Shown: positions 1-13,840 of the stretch, one piece after another | Numbering within the stretch: the first letter of the stretch is position 1 | How the letters are laid out: every line of letters begins with the position of its first letter | NCBI GenBank assembly: GCA_951406725.2 | Contig: OX597840.1 | Location: forward strand, 18,786,001-18,850,000 | From: Octopus vulgaris | Lineage: Eukaryota | Direction: 5' to 3' | Length of the DNA stretch: 64,000 bases | The notes under the pieces: model-generated | Seen by the model: the letters and a program-made list of their open reading frames with translations, nothing else | Databases searched by the model: none | Told to the model about the DNA's origin: nothing | Made by a program: the position numbers and the translations under genes

Positions 1-112
1 ACGATCCCTTTTGATCGCAAACGTACCCCACTTTTTTTCTCCCCAAAAAGAAAAGCTCTACTTTGTAATCTGTCCCGTCTGTGTACAGCCCTGTGTGGCT
101 AATAAAGAAACA

Positions 113-199
<87 letters not shown>

Positions 200-332
200 G
201 TATCTATCTTATGATTTCGCTTAGACTTGCAATAACCAGATAAACAGTTTTTAAAACACACACACACACACGTATTAAGGCGGTGCTTCAGTAGGGCCGC
301 AGTCAAATGACTAAAGCAAGTAAAAGAATATA

Positions 333-379
<47 letters not shown>

Positions 380-1021
380 TACTGCTACATTGTAACTTGT
401 TACGCTGGTACAGAAAGAGCATCATTGATTAATAAATGACGTCATTATCTCACTGCTGTTACTGCTATAAGAACCAACGTGTTGTACAACGTCCTATAGC
501 TTCTTCGGAGCTATCAAATGGCAGAAACAGCTGTAAGTTCATTAGATGATTACTCGACACCTGTTCCATTGTCACTTATTAATTTATTTCAACGACTGCT
601 ATTTCTAGGAGGTCGAACAACCATGTAGAGGCTTTCTCATTGGCACGTTTTTGATATAATTATTATTGTTGCTGCTGTTGTTGTTGCTGTTTAGGCTACA
701 TCAGCCTTGAGCAACAGGCTTTCTAACCATGGCCACCTCGTCTCTTTCTCGTTTATTGTACACCTAAACAGTACATTACCCAATGTGCCCTTTTGTGCTT
801 ATGAAACTAAGATGCGTGATTTTCAAGTAGTATTATTTATACCTGGACACATGAATATTATTGCTGTTCTTGATGCTGTCGTTGTTGCTATTGCTTTTGT
901 TAATGTTGTTGTTACTGTGGTTGCTGTTGTCTTTGTTGTCTATTTTGCTGACACTATTATTGTTGATGTTGTTGGTGTTATTGTAGTGGTTTTCTAGTAG
1001 CATCAATAACAATATTAGATT

Positions 1022-1775
1022 AAAATATAGCTATCTACCTATCATACTTAATGTAAATACATCATGGAAAGCCAAGTTAACTGCTGTGCCCGCAAGGACA
1101 TAATATCTGAACTGGACGCACTGTGTAAAAAACACAAAATATATCAGTAGCAGTGGAAACTCGTCCAGCATCGGCGGTGGAAATGGTAGATGCGCATTTC
1201 TTTCTGAAGAATAACAGTTTTCTATGAGGTCATTGTTTTGAGTATGGTATACATTTTGCTGGTAGCTGTGTACCCAAGTACCCCAAATACCCCAAGTACT
1301 CCAAGATTATTCTTGCTTTTCTGAGTGGACTTTGATCCATTCGGCGAAATAAGAGGCTTTCGCGAAGATTGACATTCCGTTGTCGCATTTATCACCGTAT
1401 GAGACAACGCCGACCTAAACGAGTTTCTTGTCACATACTGCTTCTGTTGCCCATAGCGAATTTTTATTCAGATTGGCAGCAATTTTTTCAGTCGCTTTTG
1501 TCTTAGTAAACAGTTACCATTGAGTACATGCTACTGATGATGTCCCAAAATGCAGAAATGCGTATCTAGCATTCTTGCCACCGGGACCGGGCCATTTTCA
1601 CCTGCTACTGAAATAGTCTTATACTATTTAACACAGCACGTCAATAAGGGATATCTCTGAACGAATCCTGCCGCTAATTTGGCTTTCGGTGTACTTGCTT
1701 CAGCAGTACATATACTAAAATTTGGCTTCCCATGATGTATTTGCCTTGGGTATGATACATACATGGCTATTTATT
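1022..1775. mobile_element. Fold-back/MITE-like element with long degenerate terminal inverted repeats
   Basis: About 1022-1205 is an imperfect reverse complement of about 1550-1775 (e.g. aaatacatcatggaaagccaa / ttggcttcccatgatgtattt; tcagtagcag / ctgctactga). Confidence 0.7.
1291..1432 (-). pseudogene. Duplicated fragment of protease gene 1 exon 6 and stop region
   Basis: Ungapped copy of 2191-2332 (about 6 mismatches in 142 nt); lacks GDSGGP. Confidence 0.92.
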
Positions 1776-1980
1776 GTGGTTATTGTTGATATTATTCTGT
1801 CGTTATTGTTGTAATCGTTGATGTTATCGTGGTTGTTGTTCATGTTGTTGCAAAACAAAAGAAAATAAATCGAAAATTGTGAAATAGATATTTTTCTGTT
1901 TTAATTAGTCGGTGTACATTTACATGTGTTGTACACATAGACGAATATATATAACGGACTAAGCGCATATACATGTACAT

Positions 1981-2032
<52 letters not shown>

Positions 2033-2137
2033 TCATATACATTTATCTGTACACCACTGACAACTACCCTTGTGACACGAAAACTTTTTCTGATTTTCCA
2101 TGTTCATAGCAGTTGAGATCCAGCAGTTCTTGTTGAT

Positions 2138-2143
2138 TTTAAT
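2138..2143 (-). terminator. Candidate polyadenylation signal ATTAAA of protease gene 1
   Basis: ATTAAA about 65 nt past the stop codon. Confidence 0.4.
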
Positions 2144-2206
2144 TCTCAATTATCCATTGATCCGTATGCATTTCTTCTGGTAAATGTGTTCCCAAGTACT
2201 TCAAGA

Positions 2207-2371
2207 TTATTCTTGCTTTTCTGTGTGGACTTTGATCCATTCGGCGAAATAAGAGGTTTTCGCGAAGATTGACATTCCATTGTCGCATTTATCGCCGTAT
2301 GAGACAACGCCGACCAAAACGAGTTTCTTGTCGCTTTTACGGGTACAGGTCAACGGGCCTCCCGAGTCACC
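2207..2371 (-). CDS. S1A serine protease gene 1, exon 6 (GDSGGPLTCTRKSDKKLVLVGVVSYGDKCDNGMSIFAKTSYFAEWIKVHTEKQE*)
   Basis: GDSGGP catalytic Ser motif, GVVSYG, terminal WI, TAA stop; the six exons sum to 768 nt = 255 aa plus stop. Confidence 0.96.
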   Translation of the reverse strand, partial: GDSGGPLTCTRKSDKKLVLVGVVSYGDKCDNGMSIFAKTSYFAEWIKVHTEKQE

Positions 2372-3099
2372 CTTGAAGAGAAGAAAAGATCAGAGAAGAT
2401 CGGGTTAGATAATGTAATCCTTTTAGTAAAAGCAATGACAAATTAAGATGATAGATCAGAGAGAATTAAATAACAGTTGGTAAGATTAACGTGATAATCA
2501 AGATAAGATTTGTTTTGATAAAATAACATTTGAGGAGTATGTACGTATCAGATTCTTCTTAGTACAACTGGCAACATATAACCTGGTACAACCCGTCACA
2601 TGGTCAGGCCTTCGGCATCTAAACTAGCAAGCTACAACGTCTGCTCGGTAAGGAGGCTGATTTTCGTTGGGTGTTCGTACAACGAAATGCAAAACCTGTC
2701 AAAGGATGGATGAATTCAGTATAGTCACTGGTTATTGAACAACTGAGAGTGAGAGCTCCCTAGTTTTGCTTAGATATCTCTCTCTCTAGGAAAAAGAGAT
2801 TCCGAAATAAATCTCTTCTTTCTTCATTGTGAATTCATAGATTTTGTTCTTGGTTGTTTCTTTCGTAGTTGACAGTCTTAGTGGTGTTGCACAAGCTGTT
2901 ATTGACGGCGCATTTCGGCACGAATTTTGCTTACAGCCATTCTTTTTAACATCTAGCATAAGATAATTTGTCAGTGATGGTCAAACTCGCCTACGAGTTG
3001 ACAGCCACCATGTATGTATGTATGTATGTATGTATGTATGTATGTATGTATGTATGTATGTATGTATGTATGTATGTATGTATGTATGTATGTATGTAT

Positions 3100-4410
3100 T
3101 CTCATGCATAGTTACATATCTAGACATGCTCATATATATTAAAATGATAAACTTCTGGAAAGTTTAACAGATTTTTAATTTCAGTGATGGATTGGATCTG
3201 TAGTCTTCGAATACGCTTTCTCCTTTCTGCCTTTGAGAAGCCTAATTTCTCAAGATTGGTATTTAACCAGTGTGTTACATATCTCAGGGTCCCAATAATT
3301 ACAGAGATAAACCTGAACTTGTAATCTGGATAGAGTAACTGCAGATTTCTCAATAGTTCAGCATAGTGTTCTCTTTTCCACTGACCTTCAGCTTTATGTT
3401 AACATTCGCTGGGCAGATGATTTCTACAACTTTACACGGTTTCTCTTCGCTATCACAAATCATTATATCATGTCTGATGTGCTTACATTTTATTGAGGTC
3501 TTCACTGGTACATTCCACCAGTATTTTTTTTCATTATGAGCGGCTATGGCTTCTACTATATTGTGGGTTTTTATTTCTTTGACCTCGGGATTATCCTTCC
3601 GACAGATTTCATTATAGAGTGTCCTAGCTACAACATCATGTCTCATCGGTAGATAATACCGTGGTAACACTTTCGAACAGCTGCTCATGATGTAGGTGAT
3701 ATGTTCAGTGTGAACACCTCAAAGTCTGCATCGGTTGTCACATATTATGGCTTTTCCCACATCTTTATCCGTTTTGTGCATCACGTACTTGGTTGATATT
3801 TCCTGTTCCTGGATTGCAAATGCATGCCCTTCATAGTGGGAGTTCATAATCTGGCTAATCATCCATGATAAACTGCTTTGATGATCGATATTACTTTCAT
3901 CATAGAGCTTTCTGTTAACATATCCATGCATAGTCTTCTGCTCATATAGGCTCATCTTAATACTAACAAGCACACAAGATACTAACAAGCACTGATGATA
4001 CGTTGCGGTAGAGCCGCACGACTTCTTTGGTCATGTATTCTAGGCTATCAGACAAAGAGTGTTCAAGGAATTGCCTTCCAAGTCTTATGGTGTTATCAGC
4101 CTCATGTATTCGAACTTGGTCAAGGGATGCACTTCGAGACTTGGTAGTTAAGAGATGTTGCCGAAGGGATACGACATTCAAAGGCATTTTGGATCGACGT
4201 TAAGCCTCTGCCGCCTTGTTTTCGTTTTAGGTAGAGGCGGTCTACGTCACTGTTTATGTGAATATTATGTGTGCTTGTTAGTATTTTTCAGGTTTGCACA
4301 TCAATGGCTCTGATCTCATCAAGCGTCCAATCAAGCAGCCCAAATGTAGGTATGAGTACTAGCACTGCAAACACATTGTGGGCCACTGTATTATTGAATG
4401 CAGAGAGTTC
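3100..4410 (-). mobile_element. Degenerate 3' part of an RLE-type (R4/Dong-like) non-LTR retrotransposon
   Basis: Frameshifted HG..AIQEQEI, CRLC-like, RHD and KY-region motifs; flanked on both sides by (TATG)n. Confidence 0.8.
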
Positions 4411-4545
4411 TGTATGTATGTATGTATGTATGTATGTATGTATGTATGTATGTATGTATGTATGTATGTATGTATGTATGTATGTATGTATGTATGTATG
4501 TATGTATGTATGTATGTATGATGTATGTATGTGTGTGTTTGTATG

Positions 4546-4576
<31 letters not shown>

Positions 4577-4835
4577 GTATGTATGAATGTATGTATGTAT
4601 GTTTGTATGTAAGTATGTATGTATGTATGTAAGTATGTAAGTATGTATGAATGTACATATGTATGTATGTATATGTATGTTTGTATGTATGTTTGTATGT
4701 AAGTATGTATGTATGTATGTATGTATGTATGTATGTATGTATGTATGTATGTATGAATGTATGTATGTACGTATGTATGTTTGTATGTAAGTATGTATGT
4801 ATGTATGTATGTATGTATGTATGTATGTATGTATG

Positions 4836-4866
<31 letters not shown>

Positions 4867-4908
4867 GTATGTATGTATGTATGTATGTATGTATGTTTGT
4901 ATGTATGT
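4411..4908. repeat. (TATG)n microsatellite
   Basis: Direct reading. Confidence 0.98.
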
Positions 4909-5123
4909 TAAGGAACAGACAGTAAAAAACGGATTAGAACAAGGAGGGGAGAAAATATAATTCACTGTCACAGATATATGCTAAAGGAAATAATAACGGG
5001 TTCACATGATGCCCCTGTGTATATATATATATACTATTTTTGTTGGCATATAAGATGCATGTATGTGTGGAAACGAGAAAGTTGGCCCATGTTCCGCAGA
5101 ATGAAACAAAAGATATTCCTTAC

Positions 5124-5266
5124 CTTGCAAGTTGTAGTTCCATTACGTAGTTGGTTACCAGCACATATATGCTGATCCTGGAGGCCGTTGGCTATGGTTG
5201 AGCACACTTTCTTCGGTATTATGGGTACCTCACCCTTTAATAGGACAATTGTTGGTGAAGACTCCC
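5124..5266 (-). CDS. S1A serine protease gene 1, exon 5 (WESSPTIVLLKGEVPIIPKKVCSTIANGLQDQHICAGNQLRNGTTTCK)
   Basis: Cys168, Cys182 (ICAG) and Cys191 equivalents; TTTTAG acceptor, GTAAGG donor, phases 1/0. Confidence 0.94.
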
Positions 5267-6059
5267 CTAAAATACGAGCAGAATGTGTCAGTAAACATAC
5301 GTTTGTGCGTGCGTGTATTTATGTGTGTGTGATTTTTATGCGTTTGCATGTGCGTATGTGGGCGTATGTACGTACGTATGTATGTATGTTTGTATGTATG
5401 TTTATATGTATGTGTTTATGTGTGTATGTGTTTATGTGTTGAAAAGCAAAAATGAAGCAAATAAAATCATAACATGAATGAATAAATAAATAAATAAATA
5501 AATGAACGACTAAATAAATACATAATAAATAATAAATAAATAATAAATTATAATATAATAAATATAAATAATAAATAAAAAATAAATAATAAAAAATAAA
5601 TAATAAAAAATAAATAATAAATGAATAATAAATAATAATAAATAATAAATATAAATAATAAATAAATAATAAATAAAAAATAAATAATGAATAATAAATA
5701 ATAAAAAATAAATAATAAATAATAATAAATAATAAATAATTAAAAAATTAAAAAATAAATAAATAAATAAATAATCCTTTCTGCTTTGTGAACAAAGTCT
5801 GGAATTTGGGGAGGAGCAATTCGCTTCCATCGATCCCAGCACTCAGCTGGTCCTTATTTTATCACCCTGAAAGGATGAAAGGCTAAGCCTGCCGCCGCAA
5901 AATAAGTTGAATTCAGAACGTAAAGACAGACAAAATGCTTAGCAGCATTTTGCTCGGCCAACTCGCCTTCTTAATAATAATAATAATAATGATAATAATA
6001 ATAATAATAACAACAACAACAACAATAATAATAATAATAACAATAACAACAACAACAAC

Positions 6060-6195
<136 letters not shown>

Positions 6196-6200
6196 TAATA

Positions 6201-6244
<44 letters not shown>

Positions 6245-6245
<1 letters not shown>

Positions 6246-6768
6246 GCTTCTGATCTTAACTGATTGGAAGTGTTATCATGTACATTGTTTAGTCTTGGTA
6301 TAAAAGATGGGCTACAGCAAATATTCTGCTCAACACCACAGATTTGCTTGTCAGTTGTTTGACTTTAACCAGTTGAGCATGTCTCTTAGTGGCTGACGAT
6401 ATGTGCATCTCTGATCATGAGCAGAAGTAGTGGGGGAGCATCATAGCCATGTGTTGAGAGGGATTCTTTGAGGTTTGGATAATTCACCTCTGGAAACATG
6501 GGTGTTTCATTCAACATCCTTAAACAAGCCTCATTCAGGGACCTTTTGAGTGGGATGGGCTACTCGACCTGAAGAAAATTCTAACTGGGCCCCACCTGCA
6601 AGGTCATGCGCTGTCTATCTTGAAATAAGATCACCATGTCGCGCACATATGGTTGTGATGCATGTGCCTGGTGTACCCTTATCAGACGGGTAGTCATGAT
6701 GGGTATATTGGGCTTCGTATATTTTACCCCAGTGTCACTTTGATGGCATGCACTGCTCTCTCACTCAA
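6245..6768 (-). mobile_element. Probable 5' fragment of a Dong-like LINE embedded in (TAA)n
   Basis: Non-repetitive block bounded by (AAT)n on both sides; resembles the 5' region of cephalopod RLE LINEs; no intact ORF. Confidence 0.45.
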
Positions 6769-6779
6769 TAATAATAATA

Positions 6780-6815
<36 letters not shown>

Positions 6816-6997
6816 GTACTTTCTACTAAATGCACAAGGCCTGAAATTTAGGGGAGGGGTATAGTCGAAAACATCGACCCCAATACTCAAATACGCAACT
6901 GGTACTTATATTATCAACTTTGAAAGAGTGAAAGGTAAAGTCGACCTCGGTGGAATTTGAACTCAGATCGTGAAGTCGGACGAATATAATAATAATG

Positions 6998-7036
<39 letters not shown>

Positions 7037-7494
7037 TTTGGCACAGGGCCAGCAGCTTTTGAAGGGAGTGGTAAGTCGATTACATCTACACTAATGGTCA
7101 ACCAGTACTTGTTCAATCGAACCCAAAATATGAAAGGCAATGTCAATCTCGGAGGAACTTCAAAACGTAAGGACGGACGAAATACCGCAAAGCATTTTGT
7201 CCGGTGTGCTAACGATTCTGCTAGCTCGCTGCCCTACTTATATATCATAGTAAACAACAGCAAAAAAAGGACAAATTTTATATGAGATTCACGGCTGAAC
7301 TATCTTCTACAGCTGTTTCAAAGATGTTTAACAACATAATCAATATACATAGTTAATCAATTTAAATGTGTTGGGTTAACGACAAAGAAAATGGAAGTGA
7401 ATGGATCAAAAGAAAAGAGAATATTGGGGAGGTATTAATGATGTGGAATGGAGGGATCAACTTCTAAATTTATTCTTTAGGAATGTCAACCTAC

Positions 7495-7626
7495 ATGATG
7501 TTTTACCCCAACCAGCGATTATGCAGTTCTCTTCGAATTCGTCTCCTTCCACAGCGAGTTGAATTGGTTCCAGACACGCCTCCCGTGGAATTTTCTTGCC
7601 AAGTTTAATGACGGCAATGTCGTTGA
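7495..7626 (-). CDS. S1A serine protease gene 1, exon 4 (LNDIAVIKLGKKIPREACLEPIQLAVEGDEFEENCIIAGWGKTS)
   Basis: NDIAVIKL catalytic Asp motif and GWG motif; TTTTAG acceptor, GTAGGT donor, phases 1/1. Confidence 0.95.
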
Positions 7627-8230
7627 CTAAAAGAACGTAAAAAAAGAAGAATCTGAAAGCATTACGCGACAGGAATAATTTATATATATATATACATACA
7701 TAATACAAATAAGAAAATGGAGGAACAGATTCATTTCAATCATCAACTTACAGATATTACCAATTCATATTATTTATTAACTACATAAATAGGAACACCT
7801 AAATCCAACAAAACAAAACAATATACATCAATATGTAAGATAATAATACCATAAGAATAATACACATAAAATGGATCTTACAGCTGTTTCAGCCTATTGA
7901 TAAATGTATCTCATTCTGCCTCAGGGTAATAAAGATTTTAGAAATTTCTACTACCAGTGGCCTAGCGTATAGAAAAATTAGTCAATAGACTATATATTAT
8001 TCATATAAAATACAGTGTACATTAAAACTTCGCCTGGTAAATAATAATTTTTTATTTACTAAAATAAGTCAGAAACCATGGTCCAGGAATTAGATGGTAA
8101 ATGTTTTTAGTTTTCATTCCCTTCGAGAATTTATCCCTGATTAGTGGTTTGGATTTTAACTGCTCTTTCTAGTGTAAAGGATTCCTATGATGGAAGCCTC
8201 TTAATGTGTTTTAATGTACACTGTATTTTA

Positions 8231-8307
<77 letters not shown>

Positions 8308-8360
8308 GTCTGTCTGTCTGTCTGCTTGTCTGTCTGTCTGTCTGTCTGTCCGTCCATCCG

Positions 8361-8485
<125 letters not shown>

Positions 8486-8488
8486 ATA

Positions 8489-9008
8489 CAGGGGATGGAC
8501 AAAATAATGAAAACGTCTAGCATCATAGCATCATAATTTTGAAGTATCTATAAAACTGTCAAAAGCTTGTTTATTTTTGTTTTTTGATTTATTATAAGTG
8601 TTGCTTAATATGTTTTGCTAAAATTGCTGTTTCTTTTCAGATATCATCAGAAAAAGGTAATCAAAATTCATTAAAATGACAGATCTACCGGCTTTCAAAG
8701 AGGTCAAATTGTTGGTGCTCATATGGCAGGCGCTAGCGTAACGAATGCAGTCGAAATATTTGGTGTATCAAGAAGTACTGTCTCGAAAGTAATGACAGCC
8801 TTTGAGAAAGAGGGAAAAACCTCGTTGAAACAAAACTCCGGAAGAAAACCAAAACTTTCAGATAGGGACCGTCGGACTCTTACGCGAATTATTAGAAAAG
8901 ATCACAAAAGTACAGCTCCCAAAATTACTGCAGAGCTTAATGATCACCTCGAAAAACCCATTTTTCACAAAATCTGTACACCGGAAGCTTCACAAAGCCG
9001 GATTTCAC
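8489..9008 (+). mobile_element. Tc1-like DNA transposon, 5' half (TIR plus paired HTH region)
   Basis: TA|CAGGGGATGGACAAAATA TIR start; translation QRGQIVGA..GVSRSTVSKV..SGRKPKLS..DRR.L.RI; truncated before the DDE domain. Confidence 0.85.
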
Positions 9009-9009
9009 A

Positions 9010-9340
9010 TATATATATAAAAAACTTAGAATGTGTGTCTGTCTGTATGTCTGTATGTGTGCATCACTAAAACTCGAGAACTACCGAACCGATTTCATTC
9101 AAATTTTACACATGCCTTACTTAGGGTCCATACAGTATCACTGGCCAACTTCTTGTCTAATGCGAGTACAGGGCAATCTGTTATCTTTTAGACTATTTCA
9201 GTATTTCGTGTCAAAAGTGAAACAATAACACCTCTATTGTAATGTAAGATAATACCTTTAGTTTTGGTAGTGTCACTATTAATACTTTCACTATGTATAT
9301 AATATATACATAGTGAAACTATTAATGCTGAAACTATTAC
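9010..9340 (+). mobile_element. Non-autonomous Helitron-like repeat, 5' part
   Basis: Homologous to 12930-13200 (gagaactac..tttcattcaaattttacacatgccttacttagggtcca). Confidence 0.55.
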
Positions 9341-9792
9341 CTCACATGTATACAAGCATATATATATATATAAATTAGAAAAAAACACCTTTTATCAATT
9401 CAACAATGATCCCTGCTGTACTCTTTCTCCCACTCTTTCTTCTGTTGGCCTGCTCGCTTAGCCAGCAGGTTGGCGTCATTCGAAGGCTAAAACAATGCGA
9501 ACGCATTGTGACCAGCGATGTGTAACTACATCTGATGGACTGGTCGGAAAAAAATATATTTGTTTTAAATGATTTAATTAATTGTATTTTATTTTCTAGT
9601 AATGATATTTTATAGTTTATTATTCGTTTCTTATATATGTTAAAATTTTATTTTTATAGATATAAGAAATATTTATACCTCTTTATTCTATTTTTATTTG
9701 TATAAGAATATATTTGTTAAGATATTTCGTATTTTACAAGATTATATACGTATATTTATTAATTTATTTAATTATTTGATTGTTTTTATCTT

Positions 9793-9875
9793 TAACCTGA
9801 AGAGTGACTATATTTATATTGAACTGATTTTACTGTTATCATTTCTTAAATATAGGCACGAAGCATGTGTAGTTA
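9793..9875 (+). ncRNA. Degenerate hammerhead ribozyme motif, same family as 21414-21502
   Basis: TAAC-CTGAAGA-GTGACTATATTTA..TAAATATAGGCAC-GAAG-CATGTG-TA-GTTA (GAAA changed to GAAG). Confidence 0.5.
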
Positions 9876-10003
9876 TTCTACCAGATATATACGTTTTACT
9901 TATTCTTTTTCACATTACTTAATCATTAGTATATGTTTTTATCTTATATTTAATTTTTCTCTAAGATGTAATTTTTTCTAAATGGTATAATTTAATTTTT
10001 CTT

Positions 10004-10084
<81 letters not shown>

Positions 10085-10377
10085 TGGCAGAGATACCAGG
10101 TGTTGCTCAAGATTAAAATAGCATATTTTTTTTATTGTTTTACTTGATTCGGTGATGTGACTGCAGCCATGCTGGAGCAGCGTCTTTAGTTTAAGAAACT
10201 GACCCCAGGATTTATTCTTTATAAACCTAGAACTTATTCTAACGGTTTCTTTTTCCAAACGGCTAAGTTACGGGGACATAAACACAGCAACAGCGGTTGT
10301 CAACAGCGGATGGGGGTACAAACGCAGACACAGACACACACAAACACACACGCACAAATATATATACATATATATAC

Positions 10378-10424
<47 letters not shown>

Positions 10425-10663
10425 TATACATACATATATACATATATATATATACATATATGTATACATATAAATCTACATATATACATCTATACATATA
10501 CATCTATACAAATACATATATATACATCTATATACATACATATATATATACACACATAAATATACACATATATACATACACATATATCTATACATATAAT
10601 ATAGATATATATACATATATATATACATATGTACATATATATATATGCATACATACATACATG

Positions 10664-10733
<70 letters not shown>

Positions 10734-11110
10734 AGGCGTGGCTGTGTGGTAACAGTTTGCTTCCCAACCACACGGTTTCAGGTTCAGTCCCACTAAGTGG
10801 CACCTTGGGCGAATGTCTTCTACTATAGCCTCAGGCCAACCAAAGCCTTGTGAATGGATTTGGAAGACGGAAACTGAAAGAATCCCATCGTATATATATA
10901 TACGTATCTATGTGTGGATCTTTTTGTCTGTGTTGATGTGTTTTCGTGCTTGTAACTTAGCATTTTGTCAAAAGAGATGCGATACAATGAGTAACAGGCT
11001 TAACAAGAAATAAGTACAGGTGTCGTCGGTTTATTGGAACAATAAAAAAATTGTTCAAAGCGATGATGCAGCATGGCCACAGTCTACTGACTGAAACAGG
11101 TAAAAGATAG
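10734..11110 (+). mobile_element. SINE family A copy
   Basis: Homology to 18484-18910. Confidence 0.8.
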
Positions 11111-11320
11111 AATACATACACACACAAAATACACACATATACAAACATATATGTCACCATATTTCCTTCCATATCGGCTAACTCTATTGACCGTAAATTA
11201 ATATTTTCGGATTGTTACCTGGCATTCCATTGTATTCCTCGCGGGAAACCGATTGGTAAGACCAATCGTGATGGATATATATATATACTACATTTCAGAT
11301 TTTTATATATATATATATAG

Positions 11321-12500
11321 ACTAGGTTAAGGTGACCCGCACTACGCGCGGGTGAGGGTGTGGTTGTTACTTTCTGTTGCTCCCTTTCTGTTTCTTATCG
11401 CCACATTCTCCCTCTTAGTTTCTCTCTCCTTTCTCTCTCACTTTCCCACTCTCTTACTCTTCTTTTTTCTCGGACTCTCCCTCGCTTCCTCTTACTCTCT
11501 ATCTTTCTCTATCTATCTCTCTCCCATTTATAAAGAACAACAGATCTTGAGTAAGTTGAGAAAGAAAGTAGTTTGAAAAATCAATCATAAACATCAGGCA
11601 GTGACAACGGAAAGGTCTGCTTCAAGATGGACTGCAAAACACTAACATTTAAAAGGGACAGACGAACTTGCGAGCGGAATAAAAATAAAAAAGTATTGGA
11701 AACCAAAGTTTGAAGGGATATAACCTGAGGATAGTAGACTCACCATGGCTGGCATTCAAAACTTCTTAACGACGGACAGCAACGTACTGGCAGTTTAACG
11801 GCTGGCGCAAAATTTTGAACTTGATGTAAAGGAAAATTCCAAAACACCAAGTTTTTAAGTGATTCTTTCTCACGGCAGTAGACTCACCATGGCAGGCATT
11901 CAAAACTTATTTATGACGGACGGTAACACATTGACGATTTAAAGGCTGGCACAAATTTTTTAACTTGATGTAACAGAGAATTCCTAAACACCCACTCCTG
12001 TAGATTTTAATCCCCTTCCAGCCCCATTTAGATCCCTTTTCACATAAAAATCCAATTTGTATCAACGTAATATTTCACCGTTCTAAAACACCTGAGGCGG
12101 GAATATTTAAACTTTGCGGCTGTCAACGCTTTCTCTCTATAGATACAGACAAACGTACAGTGAGAGAGGTGGTGGAAGAAAGAGTGACAGAGAGAAGCTG
12201 TCAAGCGTCGTTATAGAGAGAAAGTGGAGGGAAGGAAGGAAAGAGAGAGATCAAGGAAGGCAGGGTGATATCTGAAAGAGAGAAACGACAAACACTTGTC
12301 AAAGTCTGGGTTTTGTTGTCCTAGTAACCACAGCTTCTGAGATAGGGGTTTCTAACCTAGTTCAGTCGCTTCCTCGCCTCTTTTTACATGTCCTTTTAAA
12401 TTTTGGAGCCAATCCGACCCCATCTAGTGTCCTTTAACCCGTTCCAATCGTAAAATGAGACAAACAATTTTTTTTGCATTTCAGCTTTATAGATATTGAT
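11321..12500 (-). mobile_element. Non-autonomous Helitron
   Basis: Minus-strand 3' end: hairpin ACCCGCGCGTAGTGCGGGT followed by CTAG|T; ATCAATATCTATAAAG-like 5' end; second copy at 30457. Confidence 0.7.
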
Positions 12501-12750
12501 ATATACGCAGCGTCCCGCACATGCTTTCTGATCGATCATTTTCATGGAAATAGTGCAGCGGTAATCTTCCAGTTACTGAACAACGACAACATCGTACTCA
12601 ATTGTCCAATTCACCTCACAGTGGGATCGATCTCGTAACTAGTTAACCATCTATTAAGGGCATTTGTTGACTTGTTAACCACGCATCAACTATACGTCCA
12701 AACCTGCGCTCGTGTTTCCCAATATGCAATAACAAGGTTTCAATACTTAC

Positions 12751-12875
12751 GGACTGTGACGTCATTCTTTTCGTACCCTGAGTGAGCAAAAAAGGACTTT
12801 GCAATGTATCTGTGCAACATATAATATTTGTGTTCGGAGCCGAACATGACTGTGACGTGGGTTATATTTCCTGCC
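12751..12875 (-). CDS. S1A serine protease gene 1, exon 3 (LAGNITHVTVMFGSEHKYYMLHRYIAKSFFAHSGYEKNDVTV)
   Basis: TTGCAG acceptor, GTAAGT donor; phases 2/1 match the neighbouring exons; H-x-x-Y motif of S1 proteases. Confidence 0.9.
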
Positions 12876-12929
12876 CTGCAACAGAGACGAAAGTACAAAC
12901 GTGTGTGTGTGTGTGTGTGTGAGTATATA

Positions 12930-13763
12930 TATCTCTATATATATAAAACTGAGAATGTGTGTGTGTGTGTGTCTGTCTGTCTGTGTGTTTCCAAAAAACT
13001 TGAGAACTACACAACCAATTTCATTCAAATTTTACACATGCCTTACTTAGGGTCCATGTAGTTTCATGGGCAAAAAAATGTTCAACTTCTTGCCTAGAGC
13101 GAGCCCATAGTAATATCATATCTTCTCCACTATTTCAGTATTACGTGTTAAAAGTGAAACAAAAACATTTCTCTATTTTATGTCAGATACTTTCACTTTA
13201 ACAATAAAAATAATAATAACAATCGAATTATATGTAGTAAGTAATAATTAAAATCAAACTAAAGTATAATATAATCGTAACATACAAAAGTAAAAACTGG
13301 TATAAAATTGCATCAATGACTTGAACTTGAGTAAGTGGTTTCACATGAATGGGAATAAATTAAAAATAAAATTAGTGTGCAGAAATGGAATAGTCCAGGT
13401 GGATAATAAAAAATTAAATTAAAGAAAAGACTATTGTCTATAAAGTATACAATGTAGAGAAAAAGAAGAGCTAACAATTCCAGTCTGTTATATATTTTGA
13501 GTATTGTTATCAGTAGCGATATCAAGATATAACTTTGTATTTTGCATTTTATGTGTAGATGTATATATATAGATGTACATGTAATATGTGCACATATATA
13601 TATACACATATATACATCACTAGCGATATCAAGATATAACTTTGTATTTTGTATTTTATGTGTAGATGTATATATATATATATATATATAGATGTACATG
13701 TAATATGTACACATATATATACATGCACTAGCACTATGACCCGGCAACGACGGGTCTTTAATG

Positions 13764-13766
<3 letters not shown>
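12930..13766 (+). mobile_element. Non-autonomous Helitron
   Basis: TCTCTATATATATAAAA 5' end; 3' hairpin GACCCGGCAACGACGGGTC followed by GCTA. Confidence 0.6.

Positions 13767-13840
<74 letters not shown>

Noticed and set aside
1291-1450. Duplicate as an alternative last exon of the protease
   Set aside because: Lacks GDSGGP, and the nearby AG acceptors are out of frame with the copied coding sequence
7457-7708. 83-aa ORF as a standalone gene
   Set aside because: Only 7495-7626 is coding (exon 4); the rest is intron
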